Part shown: one piece after another, positions 63,327-64,000 of the stretch
How positions within the stretch are numbered: the first letter of the stretch is position 1
Layout: every line of letters starts with the position of its first letter
The notes under the pieces: generated by a model
What the model was told of the DNA's origin: nothing
What the model saw: the letters and a program-made list of their open reading frames with translations, nothing else
Database searches by the model: none
Position numbers and translations under genes: made by a program
DNA from: a virus
Taxonomy: Duplodnaviria; Caudoviricetes
Strand: one strand, 5' to 3'
DNA length: 64,000 nucleotides
Virus record (IMG/VR): IMGVR_UViG_3300036783_000204
Span: 1-64,000 of that record

Positions 63327-63740
63327 TCACTTCCCCAGCTGGGTGCAGTCGCGCTGGGCGTACGCGTCGGTCATGTACGCCCGGAAGTCGCTGATCTGCT
63401 TCTGCTTCTCCGGGGTGAGGTTGGGCTGCTTCAAGGACAAGTCGAGGACGTAGTTCCACAGGTTGGTGGTGACCAGGCGGGATTGGTTGCTCGCCTCGCA
63501 GGTCGTCTTCTGCGCAGTGCGGTTCTGCGCAGCCAGCGAGCTGGCTTCGTTTGCCTGCACGGCGACGAAGGCGACCACGATGGACAGTGCGAGGTCCAGG
63601 ATGAGGCTGATGGTGAGGCCCCAGATGTAGCGCCGGTTCCGATGTCCGTAGTCCCGGAGGGCTCGCATTTCCGTGGAGAGGTCGGCCATGGATTCGTTGA
63701 GCCGGAGGGCGGCCGCAAGTGTCGCCTGCTTGTCGTCCAT
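63327..63740 (-). CDS. Single-TM coiled-coil lysis-region protein
   Basis: TM segment then helical domain with two Cys. Confidence 0.7.
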   Translation of the reverse strand: MDDKQATLAAALRLNESMADLSTEMRALRDYGHRNRRYIWGLTISLILDLALSIVVAFVAVQANEASSLAAQNRTAQKTTCEASNQSRLVTTNLWNYVLDLSLKQPNLTPEKQKQISDFRAYMTDAYAQRDCTQLGK

Positions 63741-63907
63741 TATTTCCCTGCCTCGTAGGCGCTTTTGAGAATGTCGCTCATTTCCTTCACCACGACGTCG
63801 AGCTGCTCGACGATGAGGTCGGCCCGCGCGGTCAGCCGGGCGATCTCCACGTCCTCGGCGGGCGACGACGCTGCGGGGTCGATGCGGTGCTTCCTCAACC
63901 ACCTCAT
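63740..63907 (-). CDS. Small hypothetical protein
   Basis: MRWLRKHR; TAATG coupling. Confidence 0.55.
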   Translation of the reverse strand: MRWLRKHRIDPAASSPAEDVEIARLTARADLIVEQLDVVVKEMSDILKSAYEAGK

Positions 63908-64000
63908 GGCTTCTCGTCTCCCAGGAGGATGCGCAGACGTTCGGTCATTTCCCCCATGACTTCATGGAGTTCGTCGAGCAGGGTGTTCGCGCGCGCGGTG
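63904..64000 (-). CDS. Partial CDS (3' end)
   Basis: ...TARANTLLDELHEVMGEMTERLRILLGDEKP stop; ATGA overlap. Confidence 0.5.
   Translation of the reverse strand, partial: TARANTLLDELHEVMGEMTERLRILLGDEKP

Larger units (their letters stand above)
1..64000. mobile_element. Temperate actinobacteriophage genome (partial, probably circularly permuted or unintegrated)
   Basis: Terminase, portal, protease, capsid, replication, integrase, repressor, endolysin and holin modules; no host housekeeping genes. Confidence 0.95.

Overview
The whole window is a high-GC temperate phage genome from an actinomycete host. The window contains no tail genes. Head and packaging genes run leftward from about 11.5 kb to 0: HNH, TerS, intein-containing TerL, portal, prohead protease and HK97-like capsid. 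A rightward early region (12-27 kb) holds small genes separated by repeated hairpins. A leftward replication/recombination operon (44.7 to 27.4 kb) carries Cro-like, ERF, LexA-like, two ParB-like, rep with iterons, SSB and resolvase genes. A repressor, a tyrosine integrase and a tRNA-fMet lie at 45-49 kb. Accessory genes follow (NUDIX, XRE/DUF5753 plus DUF397, an orphan ABC substrate-binding lipoprotein, a multi-HTH cluster), then a leftward lysis cassette (GH25 endolysin, holin) at the right end. Phage genes flank the integrase on both sides, which suggests an unintegrated or circularly permuted genome. Best hits: (1) two tandem circularly permuted tRNA-mimic (YrlA/Y-RNA-like) RNAs directly behind a 244-aa helical gene, with no Ro60 gene in the window; (2) about 16 related 55-70 nt intergenic hairpins that divide the early region into cassette-like units, including two tRNA minihelix-like elements; (3) three covarying CACUCAGA hairpins in the capsid leader; (4) a class 3 intein beginning with Asp; (5) a homing endonuclease next to an apparently recoded capsid 3' end. 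All assignments are from reading motifs by eye; no searches were run, and start codons are best estimates.
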